64,000 nucleotides of DNA from the human T2T-CHM13v2.0 reference genome, Homo sapiens, in NCBI RefSeq assembly GCF_009914755.1, contig NC_060935.1. The stretch is one strand, 5' to 3'. Shown piece by piece: positions 41,201 to 55,400 of this stretch. The notes beneath the pieces were generated by a model. That model was given only the letters and a program-made list of their open reading frames with translations. It was not told where the DNA came from and searched no databases. The stretch's first letter is position 1, and each line of letters starts with the position of its first letter. The position numbers and the translations under genes were made by a program.

Positions 41201-42890
41201 AAAGACTCCTCCAAAAGACTCCTAGATCTGATAAATGAATTTGGTAAAGTCTCAGGTTACAAAATCAATGAACACAAATCAATAGCACCACTATACACCA
41301 ACAACAACCAAGCTGAGAATCAAATTAAGAATTTCATCCCTTTTAAAATAGCTGAAAAAAAAATACCTAGGAATATACTTAACCAAGAAGATGAAAGATC
41401 TCTACAAGAACTCCAAACACTGCTGAAAGAAAGCATAGATGACACAAATAAATGGAAATACATCCCATGTTCATGGATTGGAAGAATCAATATCATGAAA
41501 ATGACCATATTGTCCAAAGCAATCTACAGATTCAATGCAATTCCTATCAAAATACCAACATCATCTTTCACAGAATCAGAAAAAAATCCTAAAATTCATA
41601 TGGAACCAAAAAAGAGCCTGAATACCCAAAGTAATCTTAAGGAAAAAGAATAAATCTGGAGGGATAACATTACCTGACTTCTAACTATACTACAAGTCTA
41701 TAGTAACCAAAACAGCATGGTAGTGGTATTAAAGTAGATACATAAACCAATGGAATATATTAGAAAAGCCAGAAAGAAAGCTAAATACTTACAACCAACT
41801 GATCTTTGACAAAGCATACAAAAACATAAACTGGGGAAAGGACACCCTATTTAACAAATGGGGCTGGAAAAATTAGATAGCCATACATAGAAGAATGAAA
41901 CAGTTTCCCTATCTCTCACCATATAAAAAAATTAACTCAAGATGGATTAAAGACTTAAATCTAAGACCAGAAACCATAAAAATTCTAGAAAAAAAAAAAC
42001 TAAGAAAAACTCTTCGGGACCTTGGTCTTATGACTAAGACCCCAAAAGCAAATGCAACAAAAACAAAAATAAATAAATGGGATCTAATTAAGATAAAAGG
42101 CTTCTATACAGCAAAAGAAATAATCAGAGTAAACAGACAACCTATAGAATGGAAGAAAATATTTGCAAATTATGCATACAACAAAAGACTAATATCCAGA
42201 ATCTACAAAGAACTCAAACAAATCAGCAAGAAAAAAAAAACAATCTCATTAAAAAGTGGGCAAAGGATATGAATAGACATTTCTCAAAAGAAGATACGCA
42301 AATGGCCAAAAAACATATGAAAAAAATGTTCAACATCACTAATCATGAGGGAAATACAAATTAAAACCACAATGAGATACCTCCTTACCCCAGCCATAAT
42401 GGTCATTATTAGAGTCAAAAAACAATAGATGCTGGCATGGATATGGTGAAAAAGGAATGCTTATACACTGGTGGTGGGAATGTAAATTAATAAAACCTCT
42501 ATGGAAAACGGTAAGGAGATTTCTTAAAGAACTACTCTGCCATTAAAAAAGAACAAAATAATGTCTTTTGTAGCAACTTGTATGGAACTAAAGGCTATTA
42601 TTCTAAGTGAAGTAACTCAGGAATCAAAAAAAAAACCCACATATTCTAACTTATAAGTGGGAGCTAATCTACGGGTACACAATGGCACACAGCATGATAT
42701 AATGGACATTGGAGTTTCAGAATTTGAGAAAGCTGGAGCAGGGTGAGGGATAAAAAATTACCTATTGGGTACACTGTACACTACTTGGGTGATAAGTGCA
42801 GTAAAATCCTAGACGTCACTACCATACAATTCATTCATGTAACCGAAAACCACTTGTACCTTTAAAGCTATTAAAATAGAAAAAATTTCA
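35251..42890 (+). mobile_element. Near full-length L1PB (PB3/4-like 3' end) with internal deletions
   Basis: Long GC-richer 5' UTR, ORF1 ~38150-39120, ORF2 pieces (39708, 40807, 41895), 3' end gtaaccgaaaaccacttgtacc; TSD aagatt..aacaga.act. Confidence 0.9.
37580..37971 (-). mobile_element. MSTA-like solo LTR in the L1PB 5' UTR
   Basis: tgtatcagtct...ggaagcatggctagggaggcctcagg...cagagccaaactgtatca; TSD ttaag / caaag. Confidence 0.88.
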
Positions 42891-44099
42891 AGATTAAAAC
42901 AGACACTTCATCAAAGATAATATATGAATTAATAAATAAGCATCTGAGAAAAGTATCAACATCATTAGTTATTATTGGGGATATTTAAATTAAATTCACA
43001 GTGAGATACCACTCAGTAGAATGGCTAAAATTTAAAAACTTGATCACACCAAATATTAGCATATATGTAGAACAATTAGAACTCTCATACATTGTGTGTT
43101 GGAATATAAAATGGTACATCCTCTTTGGAAAACAGTTTTGCAGTTTCTTAAAATAGACATACACCTACCATACATCTCATCCATTCCCCTCTAGATGTTT
43201 ATCTAAGACTAGTAGTTGAGCAAATGTTCACAACAAAGACTTGTACACGAATGTTCACAGCAATTCTATTTGCAATAGCCAAAGATCAGAAACAACCTAT
43301 CAACAGGTGAATGGGTAAACAAATTTTAGTACATCCATAGAAAGGAATACTACCCACCAAAAGGAATAAACAATCAGTATATCCAACAACATAAAGGAAT
43401 CTCAAAATAATTAGGTTCTAAGTGACAGAAGACAGACATAAGAGTAGCTTCTTCTGTATGATTTCATTTATTTAAAATTCTAGAAAATGCAAAGTAATTC
43501 TAATTCCACGAAGTACAGCAGTGTTTGATTGAAGACGTCAGAGATGTGGACAGAGGGAAGATTTACAAAGGAGCTTGAGGAGATTCTTGAGGGCAATGGA
43601 TATATTCATTAATTTGATTGTGGTTATGGTTTCAAGTGTATATTCATACACCAAAATTTATCAAATTATATACTTAAATTGAATCAGTTTATTATATATC
43701 ATATAACTCTGTAAGGTTAAAAAATGAAAGTGGTACTCTAAGTTTATGGGTCTCAAGGTTTGTGAAAGATGTTTTAGATAATTTTATAAACTTAGCTAAT
43801 ATTTTTATAATTTATAATTGTGTCTACACATTTCAGATGCAAGAGAATTCACTGCAAACTTTCTTTCATCTCCTCTCTTTTCTCACCTTGGATTAAGTCC
43901 TATTAGACACACACTATAAAAGCTCAGTGTAACTTCTGGTGGTTTAGATAGGTTTTATAATTACTGATCCCTGCTGCAGCTGTACATGACAAGCTTGAAT
44001 TAAACAGAAGTACTTCTGACACTTTCTAATCTAAAGCCAACACAAAGTCTCATTTTTCCAATATACGATGACAGCCCAAGACCACACATATCTGTCATA

Positions 44100-46080
44100 A
44101 TGAAAATGAGAAAAACTGAACTATTAAAGTGAAAACATTTTCAGACTGGGTAAAAAAAAAAAAGTTTCTGTCTATAAGAAATACATGCACATCAAAGTCA
44201 TTTAGAAAGAACGGAAACAAAATGGAAGAATTATACTAGGAAAATACACACACACAAACACACAGGGAAACTAAAAGTTGGATATTCGTATCAACTGGGG
44301 TTTCAAAAGAAAAACTGAGATAACAAAGGGCAACTGATAACAATAAAATGTGAACTTTTTATAAAATTTGATGTATTAAATAGTATAATACCATTTTTCA
44401 AAATGCAATCCTCCCAAAAATAGAACAGAAAGTACAATAATATATTAAGGTACTTCTAATTCACCTTTTTCATCTCATAGAAAATTAGGTACATAATCAA
44501 AATAAGTAACAATATGGGGAAGAATTTTTCAAAGTGCAAATTTTGCAACAAACTTCCCTAGGATTCTTGTAAAAGAAAATTCATTTCAAGTCTCTACTCT
44601 AGACTATGAAACCAGGTTTTCTGGGAGTGGTACCCAGAAATCACCATTTTTGCAAGCATCTTAAATGATTTTTATGCATTGAGCATATAAATTATATACT
44701 TAATAAGAAAATACTAACACATTTACATATAAGTATTGCAGTCAACAGAATATATAATTTCTAATCCAGGGACAAATAAATGTTTATAAAAATGGACCAG
44801 AAAGTGTATTAAATTTTTAAAAAGTAGAAATAGTAAAGGCTACACTCATTTCAATCATTAAAAAAAGAAAGAGAAAAGCTATAAATAAATGTTTTTAGAA
44901 AAGAAGGAAACAACACCTTGACCAGCTGAAAATTGAAAGTTTTCTCTTAATATGGGCCAAAGAGATAAACCAAAGTGTAGAAAGTTTTAGAAAATAAAAT
45001 GGGGGTGATGTACACATTAGAACCTATGGAATGTGATTAAGTAGAGCTCAAGAGATATTCATAACCCTAAACATTTAATTACTATGCAAGAAAGAATAAT
45101 AGCAAATAAATTCAGAGCTCATTTTAATAAATTAGGAATATAACAGCAAAATAAAACCAAGTAAAAGAGAAGAAAGCAATTATAAAAATTAGAGATTAAT
45201 GGACTTAAGCTAATTTATATTATATATAACAACATAATAAACACTAGAGCTGCTTCTTAAAAAATAGGAAAGTTAATAGCTGACATGCAATCAAGAACAA
45301 AAGATTACATATTCTCTACTTCCATTTATAAAATATCAGTGGTTCCTGGACCTGGAGGTAGGAACAGGAATTAATTGCAAATGAACACGAGGACACTTTT
45401 TTGGGTAATCGTTAAACATGAATTGAAATGTATCAATTTACTAAAATTCATCAAACTGTATATTTAAGATGAATAACAAATGTTATGTTTTATATCTTAT
45501 TTTTACCTCAATAAACTGCTAAAAATACATATTTGTATAGATCTCACTACAGCAATAGAAAAGGTGTAATACCTAAAAATAATGAAGGTGCTATTTTGTG
45601 AAAGACAGTGACTAAGACTTGGATGGATAAAAAGATATGACTTGTTCTTGGAGAAGAGAAAGAATGTAAAATACTCTTGAGTTTATCTGTACATTTAATG
45701 CAATATCAACAAATAAAACAGAGTAAAATATTAATTAAACAAATCACATTTAATTGGACAAAATCTGATTATTCAGTGGATAGTTGGGATGGCCACTAAA
45801 AGAGGGATAAAAAATAAGAGCCTATTTCACTCTCAACACCTTAACATACACTCAGTGGAAAAAAGAAGGAAAATATTTTGTGTAATTTAAAGTACAGAGA
45901 GTAACTTTTCTAGAGAGCACACATAACCCAGAAACCATGACGAAGGAAATGGATGAAACTGACTACATAAAAATTAAAAATGCATTAATGGTAAAGACAC
46001 ACACATACACACACACAACAAACTATTTAAAAATCCAACATTTTTGACAAAGATATAATTCTATTGTTGTAGAAATAACT
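44100..46080 (+). mobile_element. Highly degenerate L1M fragments
   Basis: A-rich remnants of ORF2 and a 3' end (cttccatttataaaat...caaactgtatatttaagatg...tacctcaataaa). Confidence 0.55.
44545..44680. mobile_element. MER5 (hAT-Charlie) fragment
   Basis: ttctgggagtggtacccagaaatcaccatttttgcaagcatcttaaatgatttttatgca. Confidence 0.6.
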
Positions 46081-46087
46081 CTTTAAA

Positions 46088-46340
46088 ATTCCACATCTAA
46101 TATATCAATAAAACTTGTTGGCTCTATTGCCACCACATATTTAGCACCTGAGCATTTCTTATCACCTTACACTGCGGCCCTGAGTCTGTAACCATCACAT
46201 CTTACCTAGATTATTTCAATGGCCTTCTAATTGATCTATCTCTGCCCTTGCTTACTTCCAAGTGATTCTCAAATAGCAGCTAATGTAATCCAGTTAAAAC
46301 CATAACACTTCTGCTCAAAAACCTCCAATAACTTCCCATT
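46088..46340 (+). mobile_element. L2 fragment
   Basis: ccacatctaatatatcaataaaacttgttggctcta...cttacctagattatttcaatggccttctaattg...cttctgctcaaaacctccaata. Confidence 0.8.
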
Positions 46341-46349
46341 TTAAATGGC

Positions 46350-46575
46350 TGTCAAGCTAACAACTAGCTGCATGAGCTTAGAAGTGCCTTCTCTAGTTCC
46401 AGTCAGACCTTCAGATGACTGCATTTTCAACTAACACCTGCACTACAACCTCATAGTAAATCCTGAGCCAGAACCACCAAGCTAAAACCCTGAGCTGCAG
46501 AAACCATGAGACATAAGTGTCTTCTAAGACTAAGTTTTAAAGTAACTTATTACACGGTAATATATAACTAATACA
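46350..46575 (+). mobile_element. MLT1 (F-like) LTR 3' half
   Basis: ccttcagatgactgca...cctgagccagaaccaccaagctaa...taatatataactaataca. Confidence 0.8.
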
Positions 46576-47259
46576 GAGCCTCTCAATCTACCTTTCATGT
46601 CTTATCTCTTCTTGTACAGTTTGCATCCCTGTATCTGGAAACTACATTATGGGCAAATTCATTCTATACTCTGGTTAGAATCTATTTGGCTGACTGAATT
46701 TTCATTTCAATAATGATATTTCTCATAGACATTGCTCCTTCTTCTTTTCTTCCTTGTTTCAAGTTTTCTGATTCTTTTTTAGTGAAGTGATACTTTCATT
46801 TGGGCCTTTGATCATCTTCAAAATAGTTATTCTAAACTTTTTTCAGGAACATAGTTATAATATTAATTTCATCTGGATTAATTTCAACTGCTAATTATTT
46901 ATTGTATTGACTGCCTTTTTGACTTTGAGGATCTTCATTTTTAGCCTCATTTTTTGTGAGAAGTGTTTTTGTTATTATTGTCTGTTTGCTTAACATATGT
47001 TCACTCTTCCTTTTCTTGTCCTTCCCTCCCTTCCACAAAACTAGTTTTATGGTTATCTCTACCCAGGCTTTTGAGCTACTGATTCAGAACCAGGCTTAGG
47101 GTGTGATTTTCATGGTAAAGGCCCCATAATACCAAGAATACTGTAGATCAAGCCATAAAGCCAGTAATGGCCTTTATTCAAGATTATTTCTGAGAAATTG
47201 TGGCCATATCTTCCTGCCTCTTTGGACTTTCAGCTTGCAGCTGCTAAAGACCTGGGCAT

Positions 47260-49000
47260 CACAAAAAGAATAAAATACTTAGGAACACAGCTAACTGGGG
47301 AGGTAAACGATCTCTACAAGAACTCAAACCATTGCTCAAAGAAATCACAGATGACACAAACAAATGGAAAAACATTCCATGCTCATGGATAGGAAAAATC
47401 AGTGTCATTAAAATGGTCATACTACCCAAAGCAACTTATAGATTCAATGCTCTTCCTATTAAGCTACCATTGACATTCTTTACAGAACTAGAGAAAACTA
47501 TTTTAAAAGTCATAAAAGAGCCTGTATAGCCAAGGCAATCCTAAGTAAAAAGAACAAAGCTGGAGACATCACTTTGCCTGACTTCAAACTATACTGCAGC
47601 GCTACAATAACTAGAACAGCATGGTGCTGGTACAAAAACAGATACAAAGACCAATGGAACAGAATAGAGAACCCAGAAATAAGGCCACACACCTACAACT
47701 ATCTGATCTTTGAAACAACTGACAAAAACAAGCAATGGGGAAAGGATTCCCTATTCGATAAATGATGCTGAGATAACTGGTTAGCCATATGCAGAAGATT
47801 TAAACTAGACCCTTCTCTTACACTATTTACAAAAATTAACTCAAGATGGATTAAAGACTTAAATGTAAAACCCAAAACTATAAAAAACCATGGAAGACAA
47901 CCTAGACAATACCATTCAGGACATAGGCATGGTCAAAGATTTCATGAAGAAGATGCCAAAAGCAAATTGCAACAAAAGCAAAAATTGATAAATGGAATCT
48001 AATTAAACTAAAGAGCTTCTGCACAGCAAAAGAAACCATCAACAGAGTAAACAGACAATCTACAGAATGGGAGAAAATTTTTGCAAGCTATGCATCTGAC
48101 AAAGGTCTAATATCCAGCATCTATAAGAAACTTAAACAAATTTACAAGAAAAAAAAAACAACCCCATTAAAAAGTGGGCAAAGGACATGAACAGACACTT
48201 TTAGAGGAAAACATGCATGTGACTAACAATCATTTGAAAAAAAGCTCAACATCACTGATCATTAAAGAAAAGCAAATCAAAACCACAATGAGATACCATC
48301 TAACACCAGTCAGAATGGCTATTACTAAAAAGTCAAAATAACAGATGCTGGCGAGGTTGTGGGGAAAAAGAAACATTTATACACTGTTGGTGGAGTATAA
48401 ATTAGATTGACCATTGTGGAAGACAGTGTAATGATTCCTCAAAGATCTAAAGACAGGAATACCATTAGATCCAGCAATCGCATTTGGGTTACATCCAAAG
48501 GAATATAAACCATTCTGTCACAAACACACATGCACATGTACATTCATTGCAGCACTATACACAATATCAATGACAAGGAGTCAACCTAAATGCCTTCAAT
48601 AGTAGACTGCGTAAAGAAAATGTGGTATATATACACCATGGAATACTATGCAGCCGTAAAAAGGATCAAGATTATGTCCTTTGCAGGGACATGGATGGAG
48701 CTGGAGGCGATTATCCTTAGCAAACTAACACAGGAACAGAAAACCAAACACCATATCTTGTCACTTACAAGTGGGAGCTAAATGATGAGAACACATGATA
48801 TCATAGAGGGGAACAACACACACTGGGACCTGTCAGTGGGTAAAGAGTGGAAGGAAGGAGAACATCAGGAAAAATAACTAATGGTACTAAGCTGAATAAC
48901 TGGGTCATGAAATAGTCTGTACAACAAACCTCCATGATACATGTTTACCTACGTAACAAACCTGCACATGTACCCCTGAACTTAAAAGTTAAAAAAAAAA
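47260..49000 (+). mobile_element. 5'-truncated L1PA (PA13/14-like)
   Basis: ORF2 pieces (47332, 47574, 48590) and 3' UTR; 17-bp TSD aaagacctgggcatcac / aaagacctgagcatcac. Confidence 0.95.
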
Positions 49001-50307
49001 AAGACCTGAGCATCACTTCAAAGCAGTTTTTTTTCAACTTCTTATGTGTTGAGGGTTTCACATAGCTCCAATCCAGCACCTGGATTTAAGCAACGGGCAT
49101 GAGCCAGCCATCTCAAGTGGAGTCCTTTAGGTTCCTCTTATTCCTCAGAAGCTCAAGTCTTAACCAATAAAAAGAGACTAGTCAGAAAAAATAATACATA
49201 AAACTGTCATAATCGATGTTTATGGTTCTTCCTGAAGATAAGATGCTTAGAAATAAGTCTGTGCTTACTGAGAGCATAATTTCATGCCTCCCAAGTAATC
49301 CTCTCAAATTATGCTAGAGAGAGCCTTTTTCATAATCCACACCTGCTGCAGGGGGCTCTTAAAAACGTCAAAATTCAAATCAGACAATTTTCTTTTTCTA
49401 TGAACAATGCAGTGCCACATGCAATTCCCTTACAATTTATATGAGCATATTCTCTGTAGATAAGGACTTTTTCAAGCATAAGAGAAAGTACATTTTTTTC
49501 TTGCCTAGATTTCACAAGTCTTACTTATGGTCTTATATTAAAGTGTGTTTACAAGATCCATCACAGTTCTGCATAGTTATCATACTTTCACACTTCAATG
49601 CAGAGAGTTCTGCATTCCATCACTTGCCTTTGTTCATTCATGTGTCCATCGGTTTTCGTCTTTGAATTAATCTTCCTTTACAAGATGAGTAATGAGATTT
49701 TAGATGACATTGCAAAATATTAGAAGGAGTTCCTATATGTGAGGAAATTTTGTGTATGTGTGTGTGTGGGGGGGTATCAATGAGAAAATATGTCATTCTC
49801 AACAGTGGTTTCAATTAAATACTTGAAGTCTTGAAAGGTGAGCCTAAGAAAATCCCCCAGAATGTTATGATGCCAAAGATAAGCTGAAGATCCAGCCATG
49901 GGAAGAAGTAATGGACTGGAAAATAAGCCCCTAGGTGGGGGTAAGTTCTTTTTGTCCAGCCTCACTGCTGACTTGTCTTTCATGGATAAATGGCTACAAT
50001 ACCCTGTTCAGTAGTTCCATTTGCTCATTCTTCTGAGCCTAGCTTCAATGGCATTTCAAGGCTATATATTTCTATTATTCTCACAACAGCAAAATAAGTT
50101 TTCTTTTCATATGCACTGCCACAATGCCTTATGTATACCTATATTTTAAGTACATTAAATTTCCTACTTAAATATATGATTACTCCTCAGGCTAAACTGA
50201 CATCTCAGGGTCTAACTCCTGCAAAACTATCTGCAACAAGGCTGCCTGCTATGGGAAGCCTTCCCTGACTCTCCCAGGAACACTTAGATTCTCCTCTCCA
50301 GTGCTTC

Positions 50308-50570
50308 TGAAGAAAGGCAGGCAAGCCCCCAAATTGGGGCTTATCCCAGGAGAGTTCTTGGTTTCATCCAGGAAAGAATTCAAGGGTAAGCTGGTGGTGT
50401 TAAACAGCAATGTCTACTGAAGCAGCAGTGTACACCAGCAGAGATACTGCTCCTTGTGAAGCAGGGCTATCTCATAAGCAGTGTGCCCAGAGTAACAGCT
50501 CAAAGGCAGTTCTGCAGTCATATTTACGCCCACTTTTAATTACATGCAAATTAAGGGGCAAATTATGCTT
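50308..50570 (-). mobile_element. ERV1 LTR fragment (LTR19/29-like)
   Basis: tgaagaaaggcaggcaagcccccaaattggggctt...caggaaagaattcaaggg...tacatgcaaattaagggg. Confidence 0.7.
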
Positions 50571-50840
50571 TCTTTCCTGCATTAGCAATATTCCCAGAAA
50601 GATAGGCCAGTACCTGTTATTGTACATTGGCTGATTATTTGCTCCGTCTGAAGTTTTATTCCAGTTAAAGAAAATGAATCCTTCAAGAGATTTTTGCTAG
50701 TGCTGTTATTTTCTCAATATGTTCTTCCTGTCCAAGATAAGTGTAACACCATCTTTACTTTTCAGTCATGCCATACAGTAAGAGCCATGCCATCTATATA
50801 TTGAGAATGGCCTGGTAAGGGGCTGAGAACAAACGACAAT

Positions 50841-51011
50841 TGGATACCTAAGTTGCAACTCACCAAGATATTTCAAGGAAAACTTGATGACAATTTGAAC
50901 TTGATTTTTCATTTTACATAATGCAGCATGGATACCTTAGATGCTACTAACCATGGACATTTCAAGGACAACTTAATTTGAACTTGATTCTTCATTTTAC
51001 ATAATACAATA
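50841..51011 (+). repeat. Diverged tandem duplication, two units of 88 and 83 bp
   Basis: tggatacct.ag.tgc.act.acca...atttcaagga.aactt...aatttgaacttgatt.ttcattttacataat x2. Confidence 0.9.
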
Positions 51012-51117
51012 TATCTGTAGTTCTCTCTAAAATAAGGTTGGCTCAAAGGTCTAGATCCAGGAAGAAACAGCTGCTTTTATTGAGAAAATATGCTGCATCC
51101 AGAGGCAGAAAGGCAAG

Positions 51118-51507
51118 TGCTATGGTTTGAATGTGTTCCCCACAGTTCATGTGTTGGAAACTTAATCCCCATTGCAATAGTGTTGAGAGGTGGGACTTTT
51201 AGGAGGTGATTAGGTCATAAGGGTTCTGCTCTCATAATTGGATTGATGTTATTATCAAGAAAGTGGGTTAGTCATTACAGGAGTAGATGTCTGATAAAAG
51301 AATGAGTTCAACCCCTTCTCTTGCTCTCTTTCCTGCCCATGTAATGATTTTCATTATGTTATGACACAGCAAGAAGGGCCTCACCAAATGCATGCCCCTG
51401 GACCTTGGACTTTCCAGCCTCTAGAACTATAAAAAGTAAATCTCTATTTTTTATCAATTACCCAGTATCAAGTATTCTGTTATAACATTACAAAATAAAC
51501 TAAGACA
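51118..51507 (+). mobile_element. MST (C/D-like) solo LTR
   Basis: tgctatggtttgaatgtg...aaactaagaca; perfect 5-bp TSD gcaag. Confidence 0.9.
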
Positions 51508-51804
51508 GCAAGCATCAAGAATCTTTCTTATAATGGCTGCAACTGCAGACCAATATGCACAACATGTGGTCATAAACATGCAAAAAGGACTTGCTGTCAT
51601 GAATTGCTAGGCTTTTAGTCATCCATACACTGTGACACATAATTTCAAAGGCCACACTAGCTATTTTCTCAGCTACCAGAAAACATATCATGCTTTCTAT
51701 AAAATTACTGTCATCATCATTATTAATGTTATTGTTAGTCAGAGGTTTGCAATGGACCAGAAATGGAAACTGACAAAAGGATTCTCATCTTCAAAGTCAC
51801 ACAA

Positions 51805-51807
<3 letters not shown>

Positions 51808-51840
<33 letters not shown>
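51808..51840 (+). repeat. (CA)n microsatellite
   Basis: ~16 CA units. Confidence 0.95.
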
Positions 51841-51842
<2 letters not shown>

Positions 51843-52089
51843 TTAATAGTCTCTGTTAATGCTACTTACTGATCTGTCATTACAGGAATTTTCCCAATAT
51901 GATGGGCAAAAGTAAAATAATTCAAGTGACAGAAACAAGCTTCAGTTGTTTAATCATGGATTATAAAGAATGAAATTTATATATGAATATATAATTACTG
52001 CTACTTCACTAGTTATATAAAGTCCAAATTGAACCTCACTCAAGGAAATTTAATAATGAAAGTTCAAAGCAATTTTTATCATATGCTGT

Positions 52090-52470
52090 CTATGTCAAGA
52101 CCTTAGATTGAAAGCAACAGAAATCAAGTGTAGCTTGAGCAAAAAAAAAAAAAAAGTTGAGTAGAAAGATAAGAAACATTAACAGTAAGAATGGATAAAT
52201 ATGCTTAGAAGTGGGTAAGAACAAAACCAGAAACTATAGTCTTATAGCAGAAACAATTTGGTCAAGTCACTGCCAGAACGAATGTATTCCTACCAAGATG
52301 CAGATTTCAGGAAGGAAGCAACTAATTGACTGTGTCAAATGCCTGCCCCTTGGCTAAGAAGGTCAATGCACACGCTTAACATTTCCATCAAATTGTACCC
52401 AATAAGGATGACATGACGCTATTCCCTGAAAGTAAATTAGGATGCTTTGGGGTAAAGGAAATAGATACTT
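52090..52470 (-). mobile_element. Old MLT1-type LTR remnant
   Basis: tgtcaagaccttagattgaaagcaacagaaatcaagtgtagcttgagcaaaa...aattgactgtgtcaaatgcctgcccct. Confidence 0.5.
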
Positions 52471-55400
52471 AATCAACAACAAAAAAATCAATTGAATCCA
52501 AAAAGAATAAAATAATAAAACTGCTGTTCATATGTACTATTGTTTTTTCATTGGCAATTCCATTACTGAATCAAATTGGGGACATGAAAGTTTATTTAAC
52601 ATTCACTTAATAAATTTAGGACATTCTGAGTTTTTCCAGTGATGCATCTACTATCTAATTAACAGCTAGGGATAATTAATGATGTTGACATTTATAACCC
52701 TCATTTGTGTCACCAATTCCTGCATCATACTAATTGGCATTTAGAGCCACAGGAAACATGTTTTCGAACTGAACACTGACACCATCATGCTGATGCAGTT
52801 TTTTTGAACTCAAAGACCCATTGTCCTGTTGACATATTAGTATGATTTTTAATTGCATTTGTTTAGAGGGATTACTCTGAATACATGAGAACTTTGAATA
52901 GGTACATGTTATGTCTACTTTTACAGTTAGAAGTTATAAGCGTGAGTTCGCTCCCTAAGGTACTTTTCAATATTTTTGTAAAGTAAATATGTAACAAGCA
53001 TGACCATGTGTACATTTGGGTTTAGTAGCAGAAGACTGTTCAGTACTCTAAATTTAAGAGAAAAAAAATACACCTTGCTGAAAAAGTGCATAACTAAGAA
53101 CACTACACTCCTGAGCCAAAGAGTGTATATTGTGCCCCCTTTTTTACAAAATTACAAAATAAACTGACACTTGTACTCTTTAACATGTTGAGTTTATTAG
53201 ATAGTATTTGGGTTTATGGGAAGAGAGAGGAAACAGATTGAGGAAGGGAGGGACAAAGGAGAGGTGACAAGAAAGAACAGAAAAAGGAGAGAGAGTAAGG
53301 GCTCTCTCCTCTTCCTGTCGCTTCTGTCCTCTTTTACACAAGGACCAAATAAATAATTACTCTTCAACAATCTAAGTGACTCATCTTCAGTCACAGGTGC
53401 TTCACTCCAACCACCATTAGATTCAGCAAATTTAGATGATTTGCTGAAATGCCTAATAGATATAAACACAGTATTTTTCGGAGCTTCCAAAGGTCAACAA
53501 TATGTCCATACTTTTATGTCAGTTACAGAATATAGTTTCTTACTAGTTCTAACAAACCTCAAGGTTTTTTTCTTTTTGTTTTTGTTTTCTAAAGGAAGTG
53601 AAGCAAGATAGCCAAATGGAACTCTCTGGCAGTCATTCCCCACAGGAAGAACACCAAATCGAAAAACTATCTGCATAAAAAAGCATCTTCATAGAACCAA
53701 AAATCAGGTGAGTGATTACAGTGCCTGATTTTAACATTACAGCAAGGGAAGAGGCACTGAAGTGGGTAGAGAAGACCATACTGAATTGCCAATGCAACCC
53801 TCCCTGATTCCCCAGCAGCGCCATGCAGTGTGAGAGAATCTGTGTGCTTGGGGGATGAAGAGAGCAGTGATTGTGGAACTTTCCATTGGAACTCAGAGCT
53901 GACAGGTCACAGTGAAAAGGAACACAGAGCAGAATTCAGCCAGCACCAAGGGAGGGAGGATTTAGACCTGACCTAGCTAGACAGGAATTGCCCATTCCAG
54001 TGGTCAGAACCTGAGTTCCAGCTGGGCCCACCACTGTGGGCTAAAGTGCTCTGGGGTTCTAAATAGATTTCAAAGGCAGTCTAAGCCACAAAAACTGCAA
54101 TTCCTGGGCAAGTCCTGGTGCTGTGGTGGGCTCAGAGCCAGTGGACTTGGGGTGCATGCAACTTAGTGAAACACCAACCAGGGGAGCGTAGGGAGTGCCC
54201 CAGGCAGGGCAGCTCACAGCACCAGGAGAGACTCCTTCCTTCTGCTTGAAGAGAGGAGGAGAATAAAGAGGACTTTGTGTTGAAACTTGGATACCAGCTC
54301 AGCCACAGCAGGATAAGGCACCAGGCAAACTACTAAAGCACCCATTCCAGACCCTAGCTCCTGGATGACATTTCCAGACATAACCTGGGCCAGAAGGGGA
54401 CCCACTGCCTTAGGATCCAGTCCTGGCATGATCCATAACCTGCTGACTAAAGAACCCTTAAGACTTGAATAATCATCAGCAGCACCCAGGCAGTACTTGC
54501 TGTTGGCCTTGGGTGAGACCCAGTACTGTCCTAGCATCAGGTATGACCAAGCACATTCCCAGCTGCGGTTGCCAGAAGGAGAGACTCTTCCTTGAGAAAA
54601 GGAGAGGGAAGAGTAAAAGGTACTGTGTCTTGCAGCTTGGGTACCAGCTCAGTCACAGTGGATCAGAGCACCAAACAGGCTCCTATGGCCCCCAGTTCCA
54701 GGTCTTGGCTCCTGGGCAGCATCTCTGGACCTACCCGATGCCAGAGCAGAGCCCACTGCCCTGAAGGGAGAGACCTAGGCCTGGCAGCACTTATCATATG
54801 CTGTCTGAAGAGCCCATGAGCGTTGAGTGAATCTCAGAGGTAGCCAGGCAGTATGTGCTGCAGGCCTGAGGCAGTGGTGGCCATAAAAGAGGCTCCTGCT
54901 TGAGAAAAGAAGAAGAAAGAATGGGGAGGAGTTCGTCATGTGGCTTGGGTACCAGTTCAGCCATGGTAGAATACAGCACTACTTAGATTCCTACGGTCTC
55001 TGACTCCAGGCCATGGCTCCTGGATGGCATTTCTAGACCTGCCCTGGGCTGGGGGAGCTTGCCACCCTGAAGGGAAGGGCACAAGCCTGGCTGGATTTCC
55101 CATCTGCTGACTGAAGAGCCTTCAGGCTTAAGTGAACATCACTGCTAATCAGGCAGGGGTAGCCACAAGCCTATGGTAGGACCAGTGCTCTGCTGGCTTC
55201 AGGTCTGACTGAGCAGAGTCCCAGTGGCAGTGGCCTCTGGGATGCTTGAGTCACTCTTCCCCCAGCTCCAAGCAGCTAAGCATAGAGATATGGACTCCAC
55301 TTGTTTGGGTGAAAGGTATGGAAAAGAACAAGAGTTTCTGCCTGATAATCCAGGGAATTCATTCTGATCTTATCCAAGATCACTAAGGCAAGGTCTTTAT

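Larger units (their letters stand above)
33620..43725 (+). mobile_element. Older L1M (MC/ME-type) ORF2 and 3' end (33620-35250, resuming 42891-43725), split by a second L1PB
   Basis: Breaks at gggcaaaagattttaaacagatact and resumes at aagattaaaacagacacttcatcaaaga. Confidence 0.85.

Noticed and set aside
49510-50777. Plus-strand exon-like segments (49510-49683, 50665-50737, 50766-50777)
   Set aside because: Two need AT-for-GT donors and one implied intron is only ~28 nt; not distinguishable from chance in AT-rich DNA.
54200-55350. Three ~310-350 bp diverged tandem units
   Set aside because: Normal monomer structure of old L1MA 5' UTRs; not a satellite or CRISPR-like array.
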